Source: Amphiscolops sp. MND2022 (lineage: Eukaryota). From it: a stretch of DNA of 64,000 nucleotides. The translations under genes and the position numbers were made by a program. The notes below the pieces were generated by a model. It was given only the letters and a program-made list of their open reading frames with translations, did no database searches and was not told where the DNA came from. This document shows positions 36,369 through 48,600 of this stretch, piece after piece. Location of the stretch: NCBI GenBank assembly GCA_964187785.1, contig OZ076413.1:43464001-43528000 (forward strand). Direction: 5' to 3'. Position 1 is the stretch's first letter, and every line of letters begins with the position of its first letter.

Positions 36369-37735
36369 TCACCTGTAAAACTCAGCTATGATGAGTTCGG
36401 AAAAGCAGAACTGAATTTTGAAACTCAAATCTTTTGAAACTGAAACTCGAACTCGAATAGCAACTTCAATTTCTAGCCTATTACACCTATAGCTTTGACT
36501 TTTTTCTGTATAACTTTTTTCTAAATATAGATTCTTTGCAGGTCTGTACGAAGAAATAGTAGGAATTTGGAAGACGGTGCTTATGACTATAATGGGTTGG
36601 AGAGTATCAGTTTACCATCAAATCTTGTGTTTGCGATGTACATGCTTTTGACGATCGTCGACAGTTTTACCAGTTCCGACAGCTAATGTGATGATGAGCA
36701 AATGATCAAGTAGAGAGCTCGTATTAACAACTTCATATTTTTGTCAGGAAACGCCGTGCTATAAAAAACCCTTCACAAGTATATGAGAGAATGAATCATT
36801 TACAGAAATTGTAGAAACTTAGAGAAACCCAAACCCAATGTGAATCTTCGAATGTAAGAGTAAATATCAATCTTCGAAAAACTTCTCATCTTCGTATATG
36901 TTCTACCGCATCTGAAGCTAGCAGTCGTTTTTTTATAGTTCATAGAACCAAATCACTTAGGTGGATTATTATGTTTAGAACTTTATGATTGATGGAGCGA
37001 GCAGCGAGTCTACTACTGTCTTCTATACTCTATTTGTTCCATAAAGATTGTTCCTCGACTTTTGCATTAGCATTTTGAACCATTTCGGATGCAAACTACT
37101 GATTGATCGTTTAAGAAATAACCGTAAACTCAAATAGCTCCCATCATTGTAATTTGCTTGCATATTCCAGCGAAAAAAAATTGAAAACATAATTTCGTGA
37201 GAACAGCTGCCGAATAATAATCATGATGACGCTCATGAGCATATGCGTGGATGTCTGTGTAAGTTTCTTTCGCGACCATTCTTGTATGATCATGGCGTAT
37301 TCTATCAGTGGTCATGTCGAGATCACCTCCAGAACTTGACAATGCCGTCGTGTCTTTCATGTATTTTGATGAAAAGCTCACGTCTTAGACAGGACATGAA
37401 CAATTGATTTATGCGAATTTGATCGCCGATCACAATTACTATAGCCCAATATGCAATACAGAATGGCCGTTTTTTACAACGTAACAAAATGACAAATTTT
37501 CAAATAAAACAAAATGACTAATTTAGAAAGCATCATTTTATCAAGTTAATCGTCTCATTTTTTTTTCATTGGTTGCATGACACGGCCTTCCTCTTTCCGG
37601 GGTTTTTCGCTGGTCGAGTATTGGCACGTCGCTCCGCTTGGCTTCGCTCCTTTTCGTAGAGCACTTCCTTTCGTAGCTGATTACGTCCTTTTGTTACGTT
37701 TTATAAATCGGCCTATAAATGTCTATAGCAGTCGC

Positions 37736-38368
37736 CCGTACTGAGATTCCATTCAATCCCATCGATGGGCCCATCGCAGCCCATCGATGGCCATCGATGG
37801 GATTTTAATTATGGCCCAACGCGTTGTGGCCCCTAGGGAACCTTTGAGATGCAAATTTCTAATTTTATCCAACTGACATTTTCAGCCTATCTAAGCTTTA
37901 TCGCGCCTGAAAATCACTCTTTTCGGTCATTTGCCTAGACATTGGTTCTTTCCGATTGGTTGTTGCTCAACTAGTAGCAGTTGACGTCCGAAAAAGTTTT
38001 CGCTACGTAGTGCAGTTTCGCCAAATATTTCAGTTCAGCTTTGAGATCCATCAAATTAAGGGCGAAATTGTATCGAAAACGGAAAATCTTCAAATACAAC
38101 GATGCCCGATCAGAAGATTTGAATATTTAACTGTTTTTCAATCAAAACTGCAGTTTTCAGGCCTGAGCGACGTGAAAAACTGCAGTTTTGGTTGAATATA
38201 TAGAATCCGCCGAAATTTTGAACATGGCCGTTTCGAACGAATTTTTGGGATCAAAAAGTTTCGATTTCCATCGATTGGATCATCGTTCACAAAAGCCCAT
38301 CAATCCCCATTGATGGCCCAATGGGACTGCGATGGCCATCGATGAACTGCGATGGGATCTCAGTACCG
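37736..38368. mobile_element. Non-autonomous TIR element (MITE)
   Basis: GTACTGAGAT / ATCTCAGTAC termini with CCATCGATGG subterminal repeats at both ends. Confidence 0.65.
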
Positions 38369-38597
38369 ACGGTCATTTTGTTGCGTTTCCAACTGAAGCA
38401 GTTTTGATTGGTTTCATGATCGGGATGACCCGTGTTGGCATCCCATGCATTTCCATGCATGATAATGTGAATTACATGTTTGCTTACATACATAAGATAA
38501 TGTTATTAAGCAGTCTGATGAAGTTGTTAAAACACAAGAGCTGAGAAAATCTCTATCAAAAGGGTTATCTTCGTTCATGGTAAGTAAGTTTTGCCTT

Positions 38598-38819
38598 TGT
38601 TGTATCTAGTTTCTATAGTGAAAAGATTGTATGTTGTCTAAGAATTAACTTCTTTCTTTCACGATTCTTTTTCTAGCACTGAGTTAAGAATTCATCTGCT
38701 CTTAAGTGGCAGGACTGGTATTTAATCAAATGAGTACAATAATAAATATAAACAAGAGACAGATTTTAATGTTAAACTATTAATGTTCATAGTTTGTAGT
38801 AGTTCGTCTGTCCTCTACA
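38598..38819 (-). repeat. 3' LTR (222 bp)
   Basis: TGT..ACA, matches 44521-44730 with ~12-bp indel. Confidence 0.92.
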
Positions 38820-41800
38820 TTCCCCCTTCTACTATTGGCTGATGATCTGCCAATGGGGGTGTTCTGCTTTTCGTTGTGGCGGTTGTTCCTCCACTGGTCC
38901 AATGTTTGGTGAGCGGTAAACCGTTCACGGCTATTGTATGTGTTGCGGTGATTGGTTGTCCGTAACGTCTGTAATTTGTCTTGCGACTGGTTCAGGTGCT
39001 TTCTTCCCCCTCCTGTCCGGTCTCTGTTTGGCTCGGTATGGGTCCCGAGTTCAGCCTTTCTACGGTATGACCTGTAATCATGACATATTGGGTTATTGTA
39101 TCTTACGATAGGGTTGGTTTTTGTCAATCTTTTTGATCTGCGTATAGGTTCGTTTTCTTCTGTTTCAATTTCAGTACTGGGACTCAAGGTACTTGCTAAG
39201 TCTAGTTCAGAATTTTCTAGGATTTCTTCAAATGGACGTGGCTGGGTTTTATTTATCAGTTAATACCTTACCGTTATCGTCTCGGATAAAAACTTCCTGT
39301 TCGGCAATTTTAGCGTCTTCTATGGCACGGTCTACTTCCGTGTCCGTCATGTTTGTGGTTGTTATGGTTAAAGGGCCTGTACTGTTTCCTTGTGTATGGT
39401 TGTTGTCGGGGCTGGTTTGGTGCGAGTTTGAGCTGTTTCGGTCTCTGATCAGCTTGGGCCTGACTCGGCCAAGTGAACCCTTCTTCATTACCGTTGTATT
39501 GGGGGACTCCGGTGTCTTTTGGTTTGCCCATTCCATCAACGGTGCCTCCGAGTCGTCTTCGGAGTCGATCAACATTGCTCGTCTCTGTTTGGATGGTGAT
39601 CTGATAAACCGGCCGTCCGCTCCGCGTGGTCCGGTCCCTCTGTTGTTGTTTTCCTGTTTAAATGTTTCAATTGTTTTACTGATTAGTTTTCTGTGTATTA
39701 TTCTTCCGTTAGGTGTGATTACGGTATGGCTTGTGCCCGATATTGCTAGTTGTGGTTTATCGGAATATGCACTTTCAAACTTATTTCGTTGATGTTTCTT
39801 TTCTAGAAATGAAAAGGGATAGTTACTTACTCCTTTTTCGCTTTCTTTGGCTTCATGGGTAGCTGGTCAGACACACCGCCAGCTCCACTGAAAGAATATA
39901 CCTGCAAGGTATCTGGTTTGGCTGAAACGGAACTTTTTGTTAGTTTTTCTATTTCGCCAAGGTTTAGTAGGTTGCTTATTTCCGTATTCGGTTTTCTGCC
40001 GTAGTGTAATTCGAAAACGGATTTTTTCAATCGCGTGTGTGGCGTTCTTCTCATTACGTCTAGAGACATGTCTAGGGCTTTTCCAAATCGTTCTCCGGCT
40101 TTTAAGTTAGTTAGGAGGTTTTCTTTCAAGGTTCTAACTCCTCTTTCTACCAGTCCAGTAGGTGTGTGTATATACGGTGTCCCGTATATTAGCTTGATGT
40201 AATGTTTTTTACAGAAATCCCTGAAAAAGTGTCCCGTAAAAGCAGTGGCTCTATCCGACCTTATTGTTTTCGGTATACCGTTTAGTTGAATATATTGTTC
40301 GAGAAATTTTACCGCCGTTTCACCGTCCGTGGATGTGCAAAAACTCGCGGCTGGCCATTTGCTGTACCGGTCCATGGATAGTAAGATATAGAACCGACGG
40401 TTGTTTTCCGTGATTGGTCCGATGAAATCCATTTGGATTTCTTCGTTTGGATTATTTAATGGTGGGAGGCTACTTGTTTCCGTACTTGGGATGTTAGGGT
40501 TAATGTTCTTACAAGACATTTTGCAGGGAAGACATGTCTCGCACTTCTTTTGTATCGCCTCCGTCATTCGTGGCCACCAAAAGTGTCGTGCGGCGAGGGT
40601 CATCTTATTAATGGCAGGATGGCCCTTGTGAAGCAAGCTGATAACGGTGGCTCGGAGATTTTTCGGGACAATGATTTTATCCTCGATGAAGACTAAGCCG
40701 AACCTGCTCGAGAGTTTTCTTTTGTGTGTTTGATTTTCGTCTGGTAATAATTCATGTTGTTGTCGCTCCAGACAAGCCAGAGTCTTCAGTAGGGTAGGGT
40801 CGTTGGTTGTTTCAGTCATCAACAGTTGTAGGTCTGTTGAAAAATTCTTTTCCGTTTCGCGAACGGCTTGCTCCAAATCCCAGTTGTTTTCTTCTTGTGC
40901 TGCTATTTTAGGGGCGTGGTCCATTTTGACGTACTGGACACTTTTTACCCCTACGTATTTTGCCCAGTTCCAAGCGGGTACTTCCAGGATAGACGGGTCC
41001 TGGTCCGTCTCAGAGTCAATTTTGCCTTCTTCCATCGGTACCGGGTCGAACTGTTGGTCGGTACTTGTTGTGGCTAGCTGTCTGACTGGGTTTTGTTGTT
41101 GTTGTTGGGCCGGTGTCGGTCAATCTACTTCCCAAAAGGGATCTACGGTCCATTGCTCTGACCGTCTCGTTTGCGGTTGGAGCCCCCGCTGTGTTGTGGA
41201 CCGATTTTTTGTCGTAAGTCGTGTTGTTCCCGGCCCCGCATTATTTGTTGTAATCTTTCTTCGATTACTTTCCTTTCGCTTCGTAGAAATTTCGGCTCGT
41301 GGTATTTCTTCCACTTTCCCCCGGTTAGGCGGTAAATACCGGGTTTAATAATGTCTTTCCATCGTTGTATTACCTCGGCGGTTTCAACCAATGGATCGGT
41401 AGCGGCGATTTGATCAATGGTTCTGACGTCCATTGTTGAATTTGAGTTTGGAGGTTTATCTTTTATACGTGTTGATGCTGTGTTGTTAAGGCAATTAATG
41501 GCGGTTTGTTCACGCGTTTCTTTTGACCGTAACTTATTATTTGCTTTGTGTTCGCTTTTGTCCGTTTCGCCTTCTGATTGGTCGAATTGGTTGCTAAGGC
41601 AACCGTATTTGGAAATGAATTTGTAGTGTGGCAAGATGTTGTTAATTACATATTCTTCGTCGTATGCGTCATCCGTTTGCGGCGGCGCTGTCGGATTTCT
41701 ACTCAAATAGTCCGTGAGCGCTAAATGTTTGCCTGCGATATGGTTCACATTGATGTTGAAATGTGCTAATCGGTCGAGCCATCTCGTCAATCGTGCGCTA

Positions 41801-44474
41801 TATGTTTTATTGGATCGGTTCCGTTTAATCAACGGTTCTAGTGCTTGATGGTCCGTGAGTAATTTTATCGGTTTACCGTAGATGTATAAACGGAAATGTT
41901 CTAATCCCCAAACAACTGCTAAGAGTTCGAGTTCGTTAATTGCATATTTCTTTTCAGTATCGGATAGAAATCGGCTTGCAAAACCGATTGGTTTTAACTT
42001 GCCATCTGGCTGTTCTTGCCATAGGGTTGCGCCGAGGCCTTTTGTGCTGGCATCGGTTGTTATCACGTTTGGATAGTCTGAGTTGTAGTGGGCCAGACAT
42101 GGTATCTCCGTGATCTTTTGCTTGAGGTTTTCGAACGCCCGTGTGTGTTCTTCCGTCCACATCCATTCGGTGTCTTTCTTTAACAGTTGTCTCAGGCTGT
42201 CTGTTTGTGCTGATAGGTTATCTAAATATTTGGATAAGTATTGAATAGCCCCCAAGAATGATTTGAGTTCTTTTTCATTGTTCGGCTGTTTCAAATCTTT
42301 TATTGCCATTAGTTTATCCTGTAACGGTCTGATACCGTTTTAATTAATTTTATGACCAATCCATTCATTTCTCTTTTGAAAAATTCGGATTTGTTTTCAC
42401 TGAGTCTATATCCGGCGTTTTCTAGTTTAGTTAAAACTTCCGCCAGCTCTTTTTTGTGTTGTTCTTTAGAGCCTTTGGTTACCACGATTATGTCGTCCAA
42501 CCATGCTGGGTGTTTGTTTTCCAGTGTTTGGTCAATTTTGTCCTGAAAGACTGTCGGTATATCCGCTAACCAGTAAAACCCTTTCAGGAAACGGTAGTAA
42601 CCGGTAAAATTTCCACCGGTTACGGCAAATATGCATAGGTTTCGGGCTTCTCTGGATAACAGTAGTTGACCGTATGCGTAGTCTAGATCAAGTTTTGAGG
42701 TCCATATCTCATCTGTCGGTCCGTCCGCAATTTTCCTGGAGATTCTGGAAATTAATTCCTCCATATTAGGCATTTGTGCCTTTTTTTGATGGTTATTTTG
42801 TTCAGTTTCCTTGGATCTAGGGCGATTTTTACCGACTTGTCCTATTTTACGGTAATGACTGCCGGGCTAACGAAACAGTTTTCGTCGTTGTTGTTCGCTT
42901 TTTCAATGTGGCCCTGTTTCCGTAGCTTGTTTTTTTCCTTTTCAACCGATTGTTGTAAGTGGATCGGTATTGGTCTTCCTTTTTGTTGAATTAACTTCGC
43001 GTCGTCTTTAAGCTGTATTTTTATTTCCAGTCCCTTTACGGTGTGGTTTTCATGAAAGAGTTTTTTGTACTTTCTTTTCAGAGAAGTAATATCCGGGTCT
43101 TCCATGACGTGGTTTATTTGGGGACCGGTTTTACCGGTGTCCAGCGTTCTTCCCAACTTTCCCATCCAGTCCAATCCTAGCAGTGGGTTGGTTTTCTTTC
43201 TGGTTATCAAGATTTCTAGATTGTTTTGTTGTCCGTTTATTTCTACCATTGCGGTGGTTTTGCCTTCGAATTTAATTTTGTTGTCATTCACATCTCTGTA
43301 TTCTGTTTTCAGCGGTTTCAACGGTGTTGTACCGTTGAATAGTGATTTCGGTATTAGTGTCACTGGTGATCCGCTGTCTATTATGAATTTGATTGGTCGC
43401 TTGTTGACCAATGCGGTGAGAGTGAAGAAGTCTGGACCGTCTTTATTCATTTGACGTGTTGAATGGATCTTCTGGCTAATGTAATGGATTGTGTTTGGTG
43501 ACCAGTCGTCTTCTTCCGCACTACTGGTTTCGTGTTCCTGTATGCGATTTATTTTCTTATTTGTTCGGCAGCATTTTGCATAGTGACCGATCTTTTCGCA
43601 CTTTGCGCATTTCTTTCCTCTGGCCGGACATTCATGCTGTCTTGTCCAGTTCGGGGCTCCGCATCTGTTACAATCCATTTTCTTGAATTTGGTCGGTTTA
43701 TCCGTTTGTTCTTCATAGCTTTTGGCTTTTCTTTTATTGAGGTATCTGATTTTTTTCTCTTCTTCTGTTTCTGGTGAGTCATTTAGTTTCTCGTACATGT
43801 GTTCATGTAATGCTTCGGTAATTGCTTCCACTGACATGTCACTTTTTCTGATTTTTTTTCTTGAGGTCGTAATCGCCTGTCGATTTTCCAATTACCGAGA
43901 GAAATTTTGACGCCAGTAATTCCGCCGCGGTTATCGTTTCGAATTCCCAGTTTCTTTCGATTGCCAATATCCGTTTCCAGACATCTGCCGCGGACTCTCC
44001 CTCTTCTCGTTTTAATTCGAAGAAATCAGCTCTGCTGTGGTGAACATTTATTTCCGGAGTGAAATGTAACCGGAATAGTGAGTACATTTTATGTAACGGT
44101 AGTGAGCTTGGTTCTCTTTCTCCAACCGTTTTGGTCATTTCCGTGATGGCGTTTTGTCCAATTGCCCATAGCAATAGGTCTTTTATCTCTGCTTCTAATT
44201 GATCACGGTATTGTGGCAGTATTTCTTTGCTGTTTGTCATCGTTGATAGGTCTATGTCTTTCGTCTTTTTAATATACTGTACGAATTTCCGCCACCACAT
44301 GTTTGCACTGGTGCAATCTTGTTTCTCCAGTGTTGGTATGGTTAATTTTTGTGTGCAGGTCCGTTCAACGGTTCTGTTCATGGTCTCGTTCGGCGGCGGT
44401 TGCTCGTCTGGTTGCGATCCCGTCATCACATTTCTGTCTCCATTTCTTGTAGGGGTGTTTGTGCTATCGTCCAT
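38780..44474 (-). pseudogene. Frameshifted gag-pol
   Basis: CCHC knuckle CAKCEKIGHYAKC, protease IDSGS, RT WLDD, RNase H TDAS/TDH, integrase H..H..CETC, MDF, SDRA, VER; split in >=6 ORFs. Confidence 0.92.
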
Positions 44475-44520
44475 TGTTTCTGGTTTTCGATAGTAGTTTA
44501 GGGTTAATCTGACTGCGCCA

Positions 44521-44730
44521 TGTTGTATCTAGTTTCTATAGTGAGAAGATTGTATGTTGTCTAAGAATTAACTTCTTTCTTTCACGATTCTTTTTCTAGC
44601 ACTGAGTTAAGAATTCATCTGCTCTTAAGTGGCAGGACTGGTATTTAATCAAATGAGTACAATAATAAATAAAAACAAGAGACAGACTAATTAATGTTTA
44701 TAGTTTATAGTAGTTCGTCTGTCCTCTACA
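44521..44730 (-). repeat. 5' LTR (210 bp)
   Basis: Adjacent to PBS and TSD. Confidence 0.92.
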
Positions 44731-45696
44731 GCCTTGTTCATCTGAAATTTCCGATTAATTTTTACCTAATTGTTAAGAAACTAGAAAGCAAAAGTTAACT
44801 GTTGTGGTCAGTGTCAGGGGATGACATTCAACCAACGTAGCACGCAACTACGGTTGGACTCAATTTGCTGGTGGAAAAGTTTACTGGTGAAACGATTCAG
44901 GGTCCAATGTGGCTTTTGACTGGGGCGGTTTTGTCTTTACAACCGGTGTAAAAGTTCCAGGCTAGTTTTCAACAAATGCATGATCGGGAAAACTAGAAAA
45001 TTGCTCATTTTCTCTCCTGGTTGAAAAGCAACACCCTTTTCTAACACTCGTGATCAAACGTCCTTTTCAAAAGACTTCTCTCTCTCTCTCTCTCTCCTTC
45101 TGAACTCAAAAATCAAATAAATAGATTTTAAAGAAGATTTTTCTGGATTTTTTTATCGCGGAGTCTTGAAGGAAAAATTATGAGCTGAAAATCTAACAAA
45201 TATCAACTTGCTGCCACTTCCGATATATTCTATTTGGAGATTTGTGTGATGTTTCTTTTTTGTCAATACTGTGTATAAGTCAAAATAATAGAAAATCATT
45301 TGTGAGGTCCTCAAGTTAATGAGTAAGAAGTATAGCTGTGCGAGGTTCGCAGTTTTTAGAGGCGCGTTGCCCGTACTGACAAAAGTTTGAATTCCAGGAC
45401 TGTCAAGGATTTCCAAGAATTGGTAAGGACTTGTCAAGTTCTGGACCAGTCCTTACCAGTGCCACTTTTAGCCTTACAAGTCCTGGACCAGTCCTTACCA
45501 GTCCTGGGGAACCCTGGAGATATGCTGACAAGAACTGGAACACGGAAAAATCCAAAACCGATTTAGGGCCTATAAGAGCCGAATATAGGCCATATTTAGT
45601 TGAAAAAAGTGTAATTGGGTGCAGTAAGAAGTTTTTTTCAGTATGTTACCTTACGAAAATCGTGAAAAATAGTCTCTTGTCAAATAATCATATAAC

Positions 45697-48600
45697 TACC
45701 TCGAGAATATTAGTTTTTAAAGTCTTGGCTGGTCAACTAAGAAACAGCCGACACAGGCAGGGCAACCAACCAGCACGTGCAAGAAAAAAGCCCCATTCAC
45801 CCATTCACAATAATACATGAAAAGAATGAGGTCAAAAACTTTGTTGGATGTCTCTCGAAGTCCATCAAAAAATCAGATCAGGACCTCGAAAATAACCGTT
45901 TTATAGTCTTGGCTGGCCAACTGAAAAACAGTCGACACTGGCAGGGCTATCAACGAGCAGGTGCATAAAATGAACCATTCACAAAATTACATGTGATGAA
46001 TGAGCACAAAAATCATGTTGCATGTCTCTCAAAGTCCATCAAAAGAAGCAGATCAGGACCTCGAAAATATCCGTTTTTATAGTCTCGGCTGGCCAACTGA
46101 AAAACAGTTGACACTGGCAGGGCTACCAACAAGCAGGTGCATAAAAAGCCCCATTCACAATAATACATGTAATGAATGAGCACAAAAACTATGTTGGAAG
46201 TCTCACAAAGTCCATCGAAAAAAGCAGATCAGGACCTCAAAACAAATCAGTTTCTATAGTCTTGGCTGGCCAACTGAAAAACAGTCGACACTGGCAGGAC
46301 TACCAACGAGCATGTGCATAAAAAGCCCCATTCACAATATTGCATAAAATGAATGATGTCAAAAACCATGTTGGATGTCTCTGGAAGTCCATCAAAAAAG
46401 CAGATCAGGACCTCGAAAATATCAGTTTTTTCATAGTCTTGGCTTGCCAACTGAAAAACAGTCGACACTGGCAGGACTACCAACGAGCATGTGCATAAAA
46501 AGCCCCATTCACAATATTGCAAAAATTGAATGAGGTCAAAAACCATGTTGAAAGTCTCTGGAAGTCCATCAAAAAAGCCGACCAGGACCTCCAAAATATT
46601 CGTTTTTATGATCTTGGCTGGCCAACTGAAAAACAGTCGACACTGGCAGAGATACCAACAATCAGGTGCATAAAAAACCCCATTCACAGTAATATATGAA
46701 ATGAATGGGAACAAAAACCATGTTGCATGTTTCTCAAAGTCCATCAAAGAAAGCAGATCAGGACCTCGAAAATATCAGTTTTTTCATAGTCTTGGCTTGC
46801 CAACTGAAAAACAGTCGACACTGGCAGGACTACCAACGAGCATGTGCATAAAAAGCCCCATTCACAATATTGCAAAAATTGAATGAGGTCAAAACCATGT
46901 TGAAAGTCTCTGGAAGTCCATCAAAAAAGCCGACCAGGACCTCCAAAATATTCGTTTTTATGATCTTGGCTGGCCAACTGAAAAACAGTCGACACTGGCA
47001 GAGATACCAACAATCAGGTGCATAAAAAACCCCATTCACAGTAATATATGAAATGAATGGGAACAAAAACCATGTTGCATGTTTCTCAAAGTCCATCAAA
47101 GAAGCAGATCAGGACCTCGAAAATATCAGTTTTTTCATAGTCTTGGCTTGCCAACTGAAAAACAGTCGACACTGGCAGGGCTACCAACGAGCAGGTGCAT
47201 AAAAAACCCAATTCACAATATTGCAAAAAATGAATGAGGTCAAAAACCATGTTGGATGTCTCTGGAAGGCCATCAAAAAAGGCGATCAGGACCTCGAAAT
47301 ATCCGTTTTTATACTCTTGGCTGGCCAACTGAAAAACAGTCGACACTGGCAGAGCTACCAACGAGCAGGTGCACAAAAAGCTCCATTCACAATATTGCAA
47401 AAAATGAATGAGGTCAAAAACCATGTTGAATGTCTCTGGAAGTCCATCAAAAAAGCCGACCAGGACCTCCAAAATATTCGTTTTTATGATCTTGGCTGGC
47501 CAACTGAAAAACAGTCGACACTGGCAGAGGTACCAACAATCAGGTGCATAAAAAGCCCCATTCACAATAATTCATGTAATGAATGAGCACAAAAACGATG
47601 TTGCATGTTTCTCAAAGTCCATCAAAAAAAGCAGATCAGGACCTCGAAAATATCCCTGTTTATAGTCTCGGCTGTCCAACTGAAAAACCGTCAACAATGG
47701 CAGCGCTACCAACAAGCAGGTGCATGAAAAGCCCCATTTACAATGATACATGAAATGAATGAGCTCAAAAACCATGTTGCATGTCGCTCAAAGTCCATCA
47801 CAAAAAGCAGATCAGGACCTCAAAAATATCCGTATTTATAGTCTTGGCTAGCCAACTGAAAAACATTTGACACTGGCAGGGCTACCAACGAGCAGGTGCA
47901 TGAAAAGCCCCATTCACAATATTACATGTGATGAATGAGCACAAAAACCATGTTGCATGTCTTTCAAAGTCCATAAAAAAGCAGATCAGGACCTCGAAAA
48001 TATCCGTGTTTGTAGTCTTGGCTGGCCAACTGAAAAACAGTCGACACTGGCAGGGCTACCAACGAGCAGGTGCATGAAAAGCCCCATTCACAATATTACA
48101 TGTGATGAATGAGCACAAAAACCATGTTGCATGTCTCAAAGTCCATCAAAAGAAGCAGATCAGGACCTCGAAAATATCCATTTTTACAGTCTCGGCCGGC
48201 CAACTGAGAAGCAGTCGACACTGGCAGGGCTACCATTGAGCAGGTGCACAAAAAGCCCCATTCACAATATTGCAAAAATTGGATGAGGTCAAAAACCATG
48301 TTGAAAGTCTCTGGAAGTCCATCAAAAAAGCCGACCAGGACCTCCAAAATATTCGTTTTTATGATCTTGGCTGGCCAACTGAAAAACAGTCGACACTGGC
48401 AGGGCTACCAACAAGCAGGTGCATAAAAAGCCCCATTCACAATATTACATGTGATGAATGAGCACAAAAATCATGTTGCATGTCTCTCAAAGTCCATCAA
48501 AAGAAGCAGATCAGGATCTCGAAAATATCCATTTTTACAGTCTCGGCCGGCCAACTGAGAAACAGTTGACACTGGCAGGGCTACCAACGAGCAGGTGCAT

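Larger units (their letters stand above)
38598..44730 (-). mobile_element. Decayed Mag-like Gypsy LTR retrotransposon
   Basis: LTRs 38598-38819 and 44521-44730, TSD GCCTT, PBS TGGCGCAGTC (Ser-like), PPT AGAAGGGGGAA. Confidence 0.93.

Noticed and set aside
34596..38544. Short ORFs between the two LTR elements
   Set aside because: All under 90 aa, no motifs, overlap MITE or degenerate repeat DNA
45441..45503. Short direct repeat CTGGACCAGTCCTTACCAGT and ORF 45431-45820
   Set aside because: Only two copies, no element boundaries; ORF runs into satellite with no motif
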